Below, in pieces: positions 31,489 to 42,209 of a stretch of 64,000 nucleotides of DNA. The first letter of the stretch is position 1; every line of letters begins with the position of its first letter. Position numbers and translations under genes: made by a program. This DNA is from Nostoc sp. GTDB lineage: Bacteria; Cyanobacteriota; Cyanobacteriia; Cyanobacteriales; Nostocaceae. Location of the stretch: NCBI GenBank assembly GCA_036918135.1, contig JBALDB010000067.1, positions 1 through 64,000 on the forward strand, written 5' to 3'. Under the pieces are notes generated by a model that did not search any database, was not told the DNA's origin, and saw only the letters and a program-made list of their open reading frames with translations.

Positions 31489-33012
31489 ATGAAACTCTTT
31501 ACAATTGGTGACAGTATTTCTCAGGGCTTTATGTCTTTGGCAGCAGCCCGGACAGACCTTTGTTTTTCAACTTTGATTGCCAAGTCAATGGGGCTACAAG
31601 TTGGTGGTGAATATTTCTACCCTGAATGGTTGATGGGCGGACTACCAACTAATCTAGAAAAGATTTTACGGCGTTTGGAGAAAAAATATGGCTCAGACAT
31701 CAACGGTCTAGATTGGCTGACCATATTGCCAACTCTTGAGAAAATACTTGATGAAGCTGAAGATTACTATGAACGGCAAGGAGGTAGCGCCCAACAGCCT
31801 TATCCAGAAGGAATTGAATTTTTCCACAATCTAGCTATTCAAGGCTTTGATGTTGCTGATTCTTGGATGATTACACCCAAAATTTGTAAATATCAAATTG
31901 AACTTAGTAACCAGAAAGGAGACGGTAAACCTAATTTTTTAGGTTTGCCTAATGCAGCCTTCTACCGGATAGCACTTAAAGTTCTCAACCCATCATTAAA
32001 TCCTATCTTTGACAACTATAGCCAACTTGATTGGCTGCGACATCACACAAGCAAAGCTGAAGGAGTTGAAAATTTAATTCTCTGGTTAGGATCGAACAAT
32101 GCACTGGGAACTGTCATCGGTTTAGAAATTTATCAAACTCCTAATGACCTAAATGTGACTCTCAAAAACCCAAGTCAAAAGCCTGAATCATTCCGTGAGG
32201 TAAGAGAACAATGGAACCTATGGCATCCCAAAGATTTTGAGGCTGAATATCAAGAATTGCTCGATCGCGTTGATACAATCATGCAGGGCAACAAGAATCC
32301 TAATTGGAATGTCTTCATTGGAACAGTACCGCTGGTAACTATTGTGCCATTAGCAAAAGGCGTAGGCTCAACTACTGAAATTGATGTGCCTGGAGAAGAT
32401 AGACCTTCAATTTACTACAAATACTATACTTATTTTCCCTTTGAAGAAGATACAGTTAAAAATACTGGCACCTTATACCTAACGTTACAAGATGCCCTCT
32501 ACATTGATGACTGTATTCGCACATACAATAAAGTAATTAGAGAACTGGTTAAGAGTAAGAACAGTCAACATCGGCAACCACGGTATCACATTGTTGAACT
32601 TGCCGATGCCTTGCAAGAAATTGCCTTCAAGCGAAATGCTGGACAAGTGGAGTACGATTTTCCAGAATACTTCAAGTTTGTCTATCCGCAAGTCAACACC
32701 AAATACTACCATGCAGACACTGCTGGGCGACTACGACAAGGTGGGCTATTTAGTTTAGACGGTATTCATCCCTCTGCCATCGGTCAAGGGCTGATTGCTT
32801 ATGAATTCCTCAAAAAAATGGCAGAGGTTGGAGTTATAAATAGCGTCGAACTAGATTGGAAATCAATCTTTTCCAAGGATGAACTTTATTCCCAACCTAT
32901 TACCTTGATGCATGAATTTTACGATAATAAAGAATTTGCTGAAACCATCATCAAGCTATTCGGGAGAAATCCACTTGCTAGAAACACAAGTATAACTAGA
33001 AGAATCGGTTGA
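31489..33012 (+). CDS. Large SGNH/GDSL-like hydrolase
   Basis: N-terminal IGDSISQG, central WLGSNNAL and C-terminal DGIHPS match SGNH blocks I, III and V. ATG at 31489 preferred. Confidence 0.7.
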   Translation: MKLFTIGDSISQGFMSLAAARTDLCFSTLIAKSMGLQVGGEYFYPEWLMGGLPTNLEKILRRLEKKYGSDINGLDWLTILPTLEKILDEAEDYYERQGGSAQQPYPEGIEFFHNLAIQGFDVADSWMITPKICKYQIELSNQKGDGKPNFLGLPNAAFYRIALKVLNPSLNPIFDNYSQLDWLRHHTSKAEGVENLILWLGSNNALGTVIGLEIYQTPNDLNVTLKNPSQKPESFREVREQWNLWHPKDFEAEYQELLDRVDTIMQGNKNPNWNVFIGTVPLVTIVPLAKGVGSTTEIDVPGEDRPSIYYKYYTYFPFEEDTVKNTGTLYLTLQDALYIDDCIRTYNKVIRELVKSKNSQHRQPRYHIVELADALQEIAFKRNAGQVEYDFPEYFKFVYPQVNTKYYHADTAGRLRQGGLFSLDGIHPSAIGQGLIAYEFLKKMAEVGVINSVELDWKSIFSKDELYSQPITLMHEFYDNKEFAETIIKLFGRNPLARNTSITRRIG

Positions 33013-33230
33013 GCTAATAAGTATTGGAAAAGGAGAAAGGTTAAAGGGAAAGTGAAAAAGGTTTTGTCACTTTCCCTTTAACCTTTGTCAAGTTTACTTG
33101 GCTTACCATTAGATTTACTCTAGTCATAGCTAATACAAATTCAAAACTCAAAATTTAAAATTAATAATCTAGACAACACAAGGTCTTAGAGATGTGCATC
33201 TCTTGCATTCTCTTTTTTAAAATTGGTATA

Positions 33231-33389
33231 ATATCATGTCCGATTAAATAGTTATGATATTTGTGAGGGTCGGTAATGGGTAAGGAGTCAGAAAAACACA
33301 ACTGTTCACCTATCACCCATTACCTTTTTCCCAATTACCAATTACCAAAAAGACCAACCATATTGTAAGTAATTAGCCGGACTTGATAT
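33231..33389. mobile_element. MITE-like element with 24-bp imperfect TIRs and internal STRR
   Basis: Ends atatcatgtccgattaaatagtta and taagtaattagccggacttgatat, with internal ccaatta repeats. Confidence 0.65.
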
Positions 33390-33426
33390 TATTCTTTCAA
33401 AAAAGTTAAAAATATTGCCTTTTTTT

Positions 33427-34488
33427 ATGACAGGTTCTACAAACCAGGTTTATCCAGTTATTTGGCACAACAACTCAGTGTCACTAATTGACCAAACTCG
33501 CCTACCCAACGAATATACATTCGTGGAAATTCAGCGTAGTGAAGATATGGCGCGGGCGATTAAAACAATGATTGTCCGGGGTGCGCCTGCAATTGGTGTG
33601 GCTGCGGCATACGGAATGTATCTTGGTGCAAGGGAAATTCAGACAAGCGATCGCCACGAATTTTTGCAACACTTAGATAAAGTTGCCGATATGTTGCGTT
33701 CTACTCGTCCCACAGCCGTAAACTTATTTTGGGCAATTAGCCAGATGCTGAAAATTGCTTACGAAACAGTGGGAACAGTAGAAGAAATCAAGCAAATTCT
33801 CTTGCAAACTGCCGAAGCAATCAATACTGAAGATTTACAAACTTGTAAAGCGATCGGTGAGAATGGTTTAACAGTCTTGCCTACGACCCCAGAAAAGCTG
33901 ACATTGCTTACCCACTGTAACGCCGGAGCTTTAGCTACTGCTGGTTATGGTACAGCCTTGGGTGTTGTGCGCTCTGCTTGGCGGGAAGGACGTTTAGGAC
34001 GTTTATTTGCCGACGAAACCCGTCCGCGTTTGCAAGGTGCAAAACTCACGGCTTGGGAATGCGTTCAAGAAGGTATTCCTGTAACATTAATTACTGATAA
34101 TATGGCAGCCCATTGCATGAAACAGGGTTTGATTCATGCTGTAGTTGTGGGTGCCGATCGCATTGCCGCTAACGGTGACACTGCGAATAAAATTGGGACA
34201 TATAGCGTAGCGATCGCCGCTAAAGCACATAATATACCTTTTTTTGTCGCTGCACCCCTTTCTACCGTTGATTTTGAATTAGCTGATGGCAGCAAAATTC
34301 CCATTGAAAAACGCGATCCCGCAGAAATCTATCAAGTCGGCGCTACAATGCTCGTGCCTGGGGGTGTAGAATTTTACAACCCAGCATTTGATGTCACCCC
34401 AGCCGAATTGATTACAGCGATCATTACGGAGAATGGGGCGATCGCACCAAGCGAATTAGCAAAATCACAGGTAAAGCAGGTAGTATAA
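33427..34488 (+). CDS. mtnA: S-methyl-5-thioribose-1-phosphate isomerase
   Basis: [37 protein letters not shown] and [10 protein letters not shown] motifs. Confidence 0.95.
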   Translation: MTGSTNQVYPVIWHNNSVSLIDQTRLPNEYTFVEIQRSEDMARAIKTMIVRGAPAIGVAAAYGMYLGAREIQTSDRHEFLQHLDKVADMLRSTRPTAVNLFWAISQMLKIAYETVGTVEEIKQILLQTAEAINTEDLQTCKAIGENGLTVLPTTPEKLTLLTHCNAGALATAGYGTALGVVRSAWREGRLGRLFADETRPRLQGAKLTAWECVQEGIPVTLITDNMAAHCMKQGLIHAVVVGADRIAANGDTANKIGTYSVAIAAKAHNIPFFVAAPLSTVDFELADGSKIPIEKRDPAEIYQVGATMLVPGGVEFYNPAFDVTPAELITAIITENGAIAPSELAKSQVKQVV

Positions 34489-34518
34489 TTCGTAATTCGT
34501 AATCCGTAATTCGTAATT
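34486..34518. repeat. STRR heptamer tandem (TAATTCG)n
   Basis: taattcgtaattcgtaatccgtaattcgtaatt. Confidence 0.8.
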
Positions 34519-34565
34519 ATATTGAAAGTATCCGGCAGCACTCCCTACTCCCTACTGGCTCTATC

Positions 34566-35237
34566 ATGACTCAGAAACAATGGACTGCGGTTGACCTTTA
34601 CCTTACCGATTTGTTTGTGCCTCCCGACCCAGTGCTAGATGCGGCACTAGAAGCTAGCGCTACGGCAGGCCTGCCGCCGCACAACGTTTCGCCGAATCAG
34701 GGTAAGCTACTGCTGTTGTTGGCGCAACTCCAAAAGGCACGCACTATCCTAGAAATTGGTACTCTGGGCGGTTACAGCACAATTTGGTTGGCGCGGGCGC
34801 TACCCAAGAATGGTTACTTGATTACGCTGGAAGCCAATGCTAAACACGCCGAAGTTGCCCAGAGCAATATTGCACGCGCCGGTCTGAGCGATGTAGTTGA
34901 ATTGCGGCTTGGGCAAGCACTCTCTACACTGCCACAACTCGCCGCCGAAGGTCGCAGTTCATTTGACCTTATATTTATCGACGCCGACAAGCCAAACAAT
35001 CCTGATTACCTATCCTGGGCGCTGCAACTTTCCCGTAGAGGTAGCCTGATTATTGCTGATAATATCGTTCGTAACGGAGCAGTAATTGATACTGGCAGTA
35101 GTGATACCAGCGTCCAAGGAGTGCGTAGCTTCAACGAACTGCTAGCATCTGAGCCGCGTGTGAGTGCCACGGCGCTCCAGACAGTGGGTAGCAAAGGATA
35201 CGATGGTTTTGCGATCGCCTTAGTCACAGCTGACTAG
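34566..35237 (+). CDS. Class I SAM-dependent O-methyltransferase (caffeoyl-CoA OMT-like)
   Basis: LEIGTLGGYST, FDLIFIDADK, DNIV and KGYDG motifs. Confidence 0.92.
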   Translation: MTQKQWTAVDLYLTDLFVPPDPVLDAALEASATAGLPPHNVSPNQGKLLLLLAQLQKARTILEIGTLGGYSTIWLARALPKNGYLITLEANAKHAEVAQSNIARAGLSDVVELRLGQALSTLPQLAAEGRSSFDLIFIDADKPNNPDYLSWALQLSRRGSLIIADNIVRNGAVIDTGSSDTSVQGVRSFNELLASEPRVSATALQTVGSKGYDGFAIALVTAD

Positions 35238-35538
35238 TAAGGCAGTCCCCATGAAACAAGTTTCACCGCTATGCATGAAAAAGGAATATCCCCTACAGCC
35301 CATACCCTATAACCTTTTTCAAGTCAGAGGATGAGGGAGTGGGAAGAGATTATCAAAAAGCAACAACCTTGATTACCCCTCCCAGACTTGCTCTTTGTCC
35401 CATACCCCCGTAGTTTTTATCGCTATTTTGCCAGAATGGGAACACAAAATAGCACAGCGATCGCTACATTAGAAGATATATATAAATATAAATAAAAATC
35501 ATTGTTGATTTTTATTCGTCCGCAGTTCACAGAAAAAC

Positions 35539-37641
35539 ATGAGTGCAACTACCATTCTTTTTGACAACCCTTTACTCCAAGGCACTGGTCTACCTCCCTT
35601 TGCAGAAATTAAACCAGAACGAGTAGTACCAGCTTTTAATCAATTGCTGGCAGAACTTGAGCAGCAACTCGCCGCTTTGGAGGCTAATGTAGAGCCTACT
35701 TGGGAAGGTTTAGTAGAACCTTTAGAAAAGCTAACTGAACGGCTGATCTGGAGTTGGGGAGCCGTAAATCATTTAATGGGCGTTAAAAATAGCCCTGAAC
35801 TGCGGGAAGCTCACGAAACTATCCAGCCACAGGTAGTACAATTTATCAACAAGCTCAGTCAAAGCCAACCCATCTATAGTGCTTTTAAAGTACTGCGTGC
35901 TAGCGATGGTTGGGCAAGTTTAGAACCAGCCCAGCAGCGGATTGTAGAAGCTGCCATCCGAGATGCAGAACTTTCTGGTGTTGGCTTAGAAGGAGAAGCA
36001 AGAGAGCGTTTCAACCTCATTCAAATGGAATTAGCAGAACTTTCTACGAAATTCTCTAATCATGTACTGGATGCAACTAAAGCTTTTAGCTTAACCCTGA
36101 CAACAAAAGCCGAAATTGATGGTTTACCACCAAGCTTAGTTAGTTTAGCAGCACAAGCTGCTCGTGAGGCTGCTTGTAGCAACGCCACACCAGAAAATGG
36201 CCCTTGGCGTATTACTCTAGACTTTCCCAGTTATGGCCCTTTCATGCAGCACAGCACCCAGAGGGATTTACGCGAAAAGCTTTACAAAGCTTATATTACC
36301 CGTGCTTCTAGTGGCGATTTAGATAATAATCTCTTAATTAAGCGGATTTTAGAGTTACGTCAAGAACTCGCAGATTTACTTGGCTTTGGAAGTTATGCCG
36401 AGTTGAGCCTTGCTAGTAAAATGGCTCCTAATGTTGAAGCAGCCGAAGCACTGTTAGAAGAACTACGCCAAGCCAGTTATGATGCTGCTGTCAAAGACTT
36501 AGAAGAACTCCAAGCTTTCGCCGCATCACATGGACAAGAAAATCGAGATTTAAAACACTGGGATATCAGCTTTTGGGCAGAACGCCAACGCGAAGCAAAA
36601 TTTGCTTTTACCGCTGAGGAATTACGTCCTTACTTTCCCCTTCCCCAAGTATTAGATGGCTTATTTGGACTTGTTAAACGGTTATTTGGCGTCACTGTCA
36701 CCCCTGCTGATGGTCAAGCCCCAGTATGGCATGAGGATGTCCGTTATTTCCAAATTGCTGATGAAACTGGTTCTCCTATAGCTTACTTCTATTTAGACCC
36801 CTATAGCCGTCCAGCTGAAAAACGGGGTGGTGCTTGGATGGATGTGTGCATCAATCGTGCCAAAATAAAAGAAAATGGTGTGAGTGCCATCCGCTTACCT
36901 GTGAGTTATTTGATATGTAACCAAACTCCCCCAGTAGATGGCAAACCTAGTTTAATGACTTTTTATGAAGTAGAGACTTTGTTTCACGAGTTTGGTCATG
37001 GATTGCACCACATGCTTACTAAGGTTGATCATCCTGGAGCCGCAGGCATCAATAATGTGGAGTGGGATGCAGTAGAACTACCTAGTCAGTTTATGGAAAA
37101 CTGGTGCTATGAGCGACTCACTTTATTTGGCATGGCTAAGCATTATCAAACTGGGGAAGCTCTACCAGAGCATTATTATCAAAAACTGTTAGCGGCACGT
37201 AACTATATGAGTGGTACTGCGATGTTGCGGCAACTTCACTTCAGCAGCGTTGATTTAGAACTACACTACCGCTATCGTCCTGATAGTAATCAAACTCCAG
37301 CAGATGTGCGTCAACGTATAGCTAAGACTACTACCGTTTTACCACCACTTCCAGAAGATTCAATGCTATGTGCATTTGGACATATTTTTGAAGGGGGTTA
37401 CGCAGCAGGGTACTACAGTTACAAGTGGGCTGAAGTACTAAGTGCTGATGCTTTTGCAGCTTTTGAAGAAGCTGGATTTGAAAATGAAGAAGCTATAAAA
37501 GCTACAGGACAGCTTTATCGTAATACCGTACTGGCACTTGGTGGTGGTAAGCATCCAATGGAAGTGTTTAAAACTTTCCGGGGTCGCGAACCGAGTACGA
37601 CCGCTTTACTCAGGCACAACGGTTTAGTCAGAGCTAAGTAG
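35539..37641 (+). CDS. prlC: Oligopeptidase A (peptidase M3)
   Basis: HEFGHGLH, WDAVELPSQFMENW and GYAAGYYSYKWAEVL motifs. Confidence 0.93.
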   Translation: MSATTILFDNPLLQGTGLPPFAEIKPERVVPAFNQLLAELEQQLAALEANVEPTWEGLVEPLEKLTERLIWSWGAVNHLMGVKNSPELREAHETIQPQVVQFINKLSQSQPIYSAFKVLRASDGWASLEPAQQRIVEAAIRDAELSGVGLEGEARERFNLIQMELAELSTKFSNHVLDATKAFSLTLTTKAEIDGLPPSLVSLAAQAAREAACSNATPENGPWRITLDFPSYGPFMQHSTQRDLREKLYKAYITRASSGDLDNNLLIKRILELRQELADLLGFGSYAELSLASKMAPNVEAAEALLEELRQASYDAAVKDLEELQAFAASHGQENRDLKHWDISFWAERQREAKFAFTAEELRPYFPLPQVLDGLFGLVKRLFGVTVTPADGQAPVWHEDVRYFQIADETGSPIAYFYLDPYSRPAEKRGGAWMDVCINRAKIKENGVSAIRLPVSYLICNQTPPVDGKPSLMTFYEVETLFHEFGHGLHHMLTKVDHPGAAGINNVEWDAVELPSQFMENWCYERLTLFGMAKHYQTGEALPEHYYQKLLAARNYMSGTAMLRQLHFSSVDLELHYRYRPDSNQTPADVRQRIAKTTTVLPPLPEDSMLCAFGHIFEGGYAAGYYSYKWAEVLSADAFAAFEEAGFENEEAIKATGQLYRNTVLALGGGKHPMEVFKTFRGREPSTTALLRHNGLVRAK

Positions 37642-37800
37642 AGGGTGGGGAGTGGAAAGATGAGGGAGATGGGAGAGTGTGGAGGGAAATAAAATTTATA
37701 CTTCTGGCTTTTCGCCTCTTCCCACACCTCCTTTTCCTCCCACACCTCCCAGACTCCCTGTTTGCCTCATGCCCAATCCCCAGTCTCTAGCTTTAGAAGT

Positions 37801-38619
37801 CTAAGGGTTATTCAACACAAGTGGTTCTTTGGCAACATCAGCTAAGTTGATACTGGTTAGTAAATTTTGCCACTGCCCTTGAAGTGCGGTATCTTGGGGA
37901 TTTTTCTGACGCAGTTGAGCCAGTATAGCTAGTGCCTCGTACCATATCCCATTTTGGGCATAGATTGTATAGCGCTTAAGAGGTTCTGCGGTTTCTAATT
38001 CTTTAGCTATTGATTGATTCAGGTTAACTCGTTGGATTACCCCTTCAACATAAGTCCAAGGAGCATTTTTTTCTTTATCGCAGTTAATACTGAAAAACCA
38101 ACGGTATTCTTTGTTTAACGCCAAGGCGGGAGCATCGCTAGGTAGGGAGATGCGTATTACTCCTGGCTTATCTGGTAGAACGATCGATTTTCCGTGGTAA
38201 ATTTCCTTAGAGTCCTTAGAGTCCGGATTTTCTCGCACCACAAATTCCACTGCATCAACCACATCCTTGGGATATGGCACATAGAAAAACCAACTTGGAC
38301 GTTCTAACGTTGTTTGTGCCCAGACATTAGTCACCCCATCTTTCTCGGTAAACGGCACTAAAGCCGTGAGATCGGGTCGATCGGGTTTAGTAAGCGGACA
38401 CACATTTCCCCGCGTAGCCCCACCCCGGACGCGTCCTCCAGGAGTACGCCCAGGTGGAACTGGGGGTTGGTCAAAGCGTGGGGTTTGAGCAACAATTATT
38501 TTAGAATTAGGGCGATCGCTAAATCCACGACCAACAGTAGAAGTCTGGCTAATTAATAAACTGGTGCAGCTCAAAGCTAGTAGTAAAAATAATTTTATTC
38601 GTTGTAAATTAGATTTCAT
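37801..38619 (-). CDS. DUF928 domain protein (exported)
   Basis: Signal peptide, PG.R.GGATRG..C, P..FFYVPY, Y.W.F...C and YA..GIWY.AL..LA.LR motifs. Confidence 0.88.
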   Translation of the reverse strand: MKSNLQRIKLFLLLALSCTSLLISQTSTVGRGFSDRPNSKIIVAQTPRFDQPPVPPGRTPGGRVRGGATRGNVCPLTKPDRPDLTALVPFTEKDGVTNVWAQTTLERPSWFFYVPYPKDVVDAVEFVVRENPDSKDSKEIYHGKSIVLPDKPGVIRISLPSDAPALALNKEYRWFFSINCDKEKNAPWTYVEGVIQRVNLNQSIAKELETAEPLKRYTIYAQNGIWYEALAILAQLRQKNPQDTALQGQWQNLLTSINLADVAKEPLVLNNP

Positions 38620-38750
38620 AAAAGCTCACTTCATCGGATTTTAGATATTAAATTGGGCATGGGGCAAATAAGGAGTGTGGTCAGGGTTGTTGCTTTTTGA
38701 TAATTTCGCCACACTCTCCCCTCCCCTTACACTTGCCATTACCTAAGTAT

Positions 38751-41069
38751 TTAAACTGAGAAGTTTTTTTTGTAATTATAAATTGACATCAAGCCAATAG
38801 TGGTTAGTAAGGACAAAGCCGATGGCACAAAAGGCACCCAAGTACCCGAAATTAACAGACCTAAGCAAAATAGATACAGAATGCTAGAACTAATACTGAC
38901 TACTAATACTAACCAGGGTAATGAAAGTTTTCGCCAAGCCAAGATTCCCCCCACTAAAGACCAGCCCCAAATCCAGATTATTTCGTACCATAGCGACCAA
39001 ACCCGCAACAATGGACGCCCATCTTCGACAGCACTGAGAATTTGGCTGACCATATGCGCTTGTACCAAGACTCCTGGCATTTGCTCGTCTAAAGGAACTC
39101 CGTAGGGTGTCGGCCAGGTATCTGGAGAATCTCCTCTTGACACTACACCAATCAAAACAATTCGGTTTTTAACAGCATCAGGATTAACAGGGCTGGATAA
39201 AAATTGGGTTAGCTTCACCTGTGGGGCTATTTCTTTTGTAGAACGGTAGTTGAGTAAGATTTGACCGCCATTAGCATCAATATTTTGATAACCACCACTA
39301 CGAGAGTTGAGATTTGGAAAAACAGTCTTACCCAACTGTAAATTTCCTTGGGGGGTAAACTTGACATTAATTCCTGAATGTCGCAGATAGAGGGACGCCA
39401 GTTGTAGACTGAATGAGTAGGAGGCAGAACACAATGATGTCGGCTCTTGGTTCATAAATAGAAGATGACGACGGATGACTCCATCACGGTCGTGCATAAA
39501 GTCACTGAATCCCAAATTTGTTGTTGGAATTTCAGGTGGCGGTTGAATACCTCCGATATTAGCTGTACCATCGCTCCCCTTACATACGCCAATTAAGTTA
39601 GGAGTTTTTTGGAGACGATTAATTAAATCTGGGTCTTTAGCCTGAAAATCACGGTAGATATCTAGGCCGATCGCTCTAGGTTGGTATTGATTAAGTTTTT
39701 GTAGAAGTTTGTTGAGAGATTTTTCCGAAATGGAAGCTCCAATTAAGGATTCACCATTTTTTCTTTGAGTTGCCAAATCATCATCGTCAATGGTAATTAC
39801 CAGCAGTCGGGGATCGATTACCTCCTCTGGACGCGATCGCATCATTTGGTCATAGGCTTGAATTTCTGGAGTTTCCAGGATTCCCGCCAACCTCACCCCA
39901 CAAACCAAGGCTGTGAGTGCCACGTTCAATAACAAAGCGATACCAAATTTGCGTCTGATGGACACAGGTGACGGTATCTCTTCACTCTCTGTAGACCTCA
40001 ATTCATCCCAAGTGGGGGGTGTCTGGGCTGGATTTTGGCAAATCATCGGTAGCCAAGTCGCACAGGGAAATCGATCCTCAAGTCCTTCCAACCGTTCCCG
40101 TGCTTGCCGTACAGATTGATATAAAGACTCTCCCCTAGCAAAACCTTGGAGAAAATACTTTAAAAACTCTTGAGCAACCTGGTCTGGAACCGGTTCGCGC
40201 ATGACAATTATCTGAGGAATTTGCAAATCAGCTAATTCTCGTGCCAATCCCAATCCATCGCAGGAATTGAATATAGCTAGTTGCAAACCATTTTCAATGG
40301 CTTTCCTCAGAGCATACTTTAACTCGCCAATGGTGAGACTATCAGTTTTATTCAGATAAATTCGTCCGCATTCTCGATTTCCCTGACTAGAACTATGTCC
40401 GGCAAAGAAGAGAATATCCCAGTTTTTTCCCCACAGCTGCTCAGTTAATTCCTGGCGCTGTGGTTCGACGAGAAAACTGACTTCGGCGTTGCTACACTGT
40501 TGTAATAAAGCTCGATCTGCGTGGGTGTTAATTCCTTGACTATTACCGACAATTGCCAAGATATTGACTAAAGGATTGGGAGTGCGTGAGTTGTGAATGC
40601 GATCGTAAGTGGGTGAAGAAAGGGCGATTTCAGCCTTGGGGTAGCGTTCTAACAAGTCCCATGAATGCCAGGGTAATAGCTGTAATTGGCTATTTTCTGT
40701 TTGTAAAATTACCCGCACTTCTTCGGTGGATGACAATCTTTCTAACCATTTTTCTCTTACAGAGCGAAACTCCTCTGCTCGCAACCAGGTATTAAAGCGT
40801 GCCCGCAAAATACGAGAAGTGTTTTCGCAGTCTTGAAGCATCGATACATTTGTCACCTGCACTTGCTCAGCATAGAGACGATAGCGATTGCCTATATGCA
40901 GATAACTAGACTGCCAATGACTATAGTAGAGCGGCATTTCGGGAAATGGAGGTAACTTCCCCGTGACTTCTGTTGTCGCACGCTCGCGTTCTTCACCAAT
41001 TTGCAGAGTGACAGCAAACCCTTGCTCAAAACTACCTTCTGCAAATTTTAGAAATACTAACTTACCCAT
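38751..41069 (-). CDS. CHAT (caspase-fold) + CHASE2 membrane sensor
   Basis: FFAGHS and IFNSCDG (His/Cys dyad), a TM helix, CHASE2 (IGLDIYRD, DRDGVIRR, MPGVLVQA) and three C-terminal TM helices. Confidence 0.9.
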   Translation of the reverse strand: MGKLVFLKFAEGSFEQGFAVTLQIGEERERATTEVTGKLPPFPEMPLYYSHWQSSYLHIGNRYRLYAEQVQVTNVSMLQDCENTSRILRARFNTWLRAEEFRSVREKWLERLSSTEEVRVILQTENSQLQLLPWHSWDLLERYPKAEIALSSPTYDRIHNSRTPNPLVNILAIVGNSQGINTHADRALLQQCSNAEVSFLVEPQRQELTEQLWGKNWDILFFAGHSSSQGNRECGRIYLNKTDSLTIGELKYALRKAIENGLQLAIFNSCDGLGLARELADLQIPQIIVMREPVPDQVAQEFLKYFLQGFARGESLYQSVRQARERLEGLEDRFPCATWLPMICQNPAQTPPTWDELRSTESEEIPSPVSIRRKFGIALLLNVALTALVCGVRLAGILETPEIQAYDQMMRSRPEEVIDPRLLVITIDDDDLATQRKNGESLIGASISEKSLNKLLQKLNQYQPRAIGLDIYRDFQAKDPDLINRLQKTPNLIGVCKGSDGTANIGGIQPPPEIPTTNLGFSDFMHDRDGVIRRHLLFMNQEPTSLCSASYSFSLQLASLYLRHSGINVKFTPQGNLQLGKTVFPNLNSRSGGYQNIDANGGQILLNYRSTKEIAPQVKLTQFLSSPVNPDAVKNRIVLIGVVSRGDSPDTWPTPYGVPLDEQMPGVLVQAHMVSQILSAVEDGRPLLRVWSLWYEIIWIWGWSLVGGILAWRKLSLPWLVLVVSISSSILYLFCLGLLISGTWVPFVPSALSLLTTIGLMSIYNYKKNFSV

Positions 41070-41240
41070 GACCGTCGCTATCCCTCTCCCTGTGCAAAAT
41101 CACAAACCTGTAATGTCCGATCGCAAGTGTCACAAGCGCGTAGATAATTTTTTGAAAATCCCAAAAAGCCGATTTTAATTTTTAATTAATCAATTTACTA
41201 CTTATAAATTCCCGACAAACAGGGAAGATAGCTAGATGTT

Positions 41241-42209
41241 TTAAATTCGGAAATGTTCACTAATACTAATACCATTTAATGCTACCTTAACGCTAAAGTC
41301 TTCTCTGGGTTCTCCGCGAAACTGTAACTGAATGTAATTGTCTGATTTTCTGGATTGAGCATCCAAAAAGACTGCTCCGGAACTATCTAGAACGGTGAGA
41401 TGAACTCCTGGTGGTAAGTAAATTTGACTGCCAGTTGCGTGCAACTGGAGGAGGATACTAGTTTGGCTATCCTTTTGGGGGCTAATTTCCACAATCAACA
41501 TCACAGGGTGATTGAGAATTTGGATGCCTAAATCAATTAATTTTGCACGTTTAGTAAATGATTCTGGTCGGTCGAGAGTATTTGGTTCCACAGTTTCAAT
41601 ACTGCGAAAAGCATAAGCTGGCCTAAGTTCTGGCAGATTCCACAAAGATTCAACACTTTGCCAACCCGTCTCAAATATACCAGCAAACCACTGACTCAAA
41701 TTCACAAGTGAGGCTAGTGGAGATTCCCGCAACTGCGCCAGATAATCGATAAATGCTTCCAATGGTTGCAATTCTCTCAAAGGTAGTGTTTCAGTTGCGA
41801 CATTAGGTACAAAACCTAATAGTTTTGCTTCTTGGAGCGATTCATCAAATTGAACCACTAGATAACCTACCCGTTCTTCCCAGGTTTCTGGAGGAATGGA
41901 ACATATCTGCTCGTGTTTTTGAACAGGGCGACACTCAAGACGACCAACTGAGGACACTTGTAGGTCAGCTATATCCCCGCACAGACGCATGATGGGATTC
42001 CAACTGTCACTGGCTTCCTTGTCGGTTGGAATATCCATCATCTGTAAATAGTCATTCACCACCCATACAGCTAAAGTATTCAGCCGAACTTGCTCTGCTT
42101 TTTGAGAATTGGACTGCTCATTAGCAAATTGCTCCGCAGTTACGCGAGCTGTTTGGGAAATTGGCAATGTTAAGGTGAAATCGTCTAGCTGATTGGTGGA
42201 GTTATTCAT
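41241..42209 (-). CDS. DUF1822 family protein
   Basis: LNTLAVW.V..YL, DSWNP, GRLECRPV, VNLSQW...F..GW and LP.G..L.VLD motifs. Confidence 0.88.
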   Translation of the reverse strand: MNNSTNQLDDFTLTLPISQTARVTAEQFANEQSNSQKAEQVRLNTLAVWVVNDYLQMMDIPTDKEASDSWNPIMRLCGDIADLQVSSVGRLECRPVQKHEQICSIPPETWEERVGYLVVQFDESLQEAKLLGFVPNVATETLPLRELQPLEAFIDYLAQLRESPLASLVNLSQWFAGIFETGWQSVESLWNLPELRPAYAFRSIETVEPNTLDRPESFTKRAKLIDLGIQILNHPVMLIVEISPQKDSQTSILLQLHATGSQIYLPPGVHLTVLDSSGAVFLDAQSRKSDNYIQLQFRGEPREDFSVKVALNGISISEHFRI

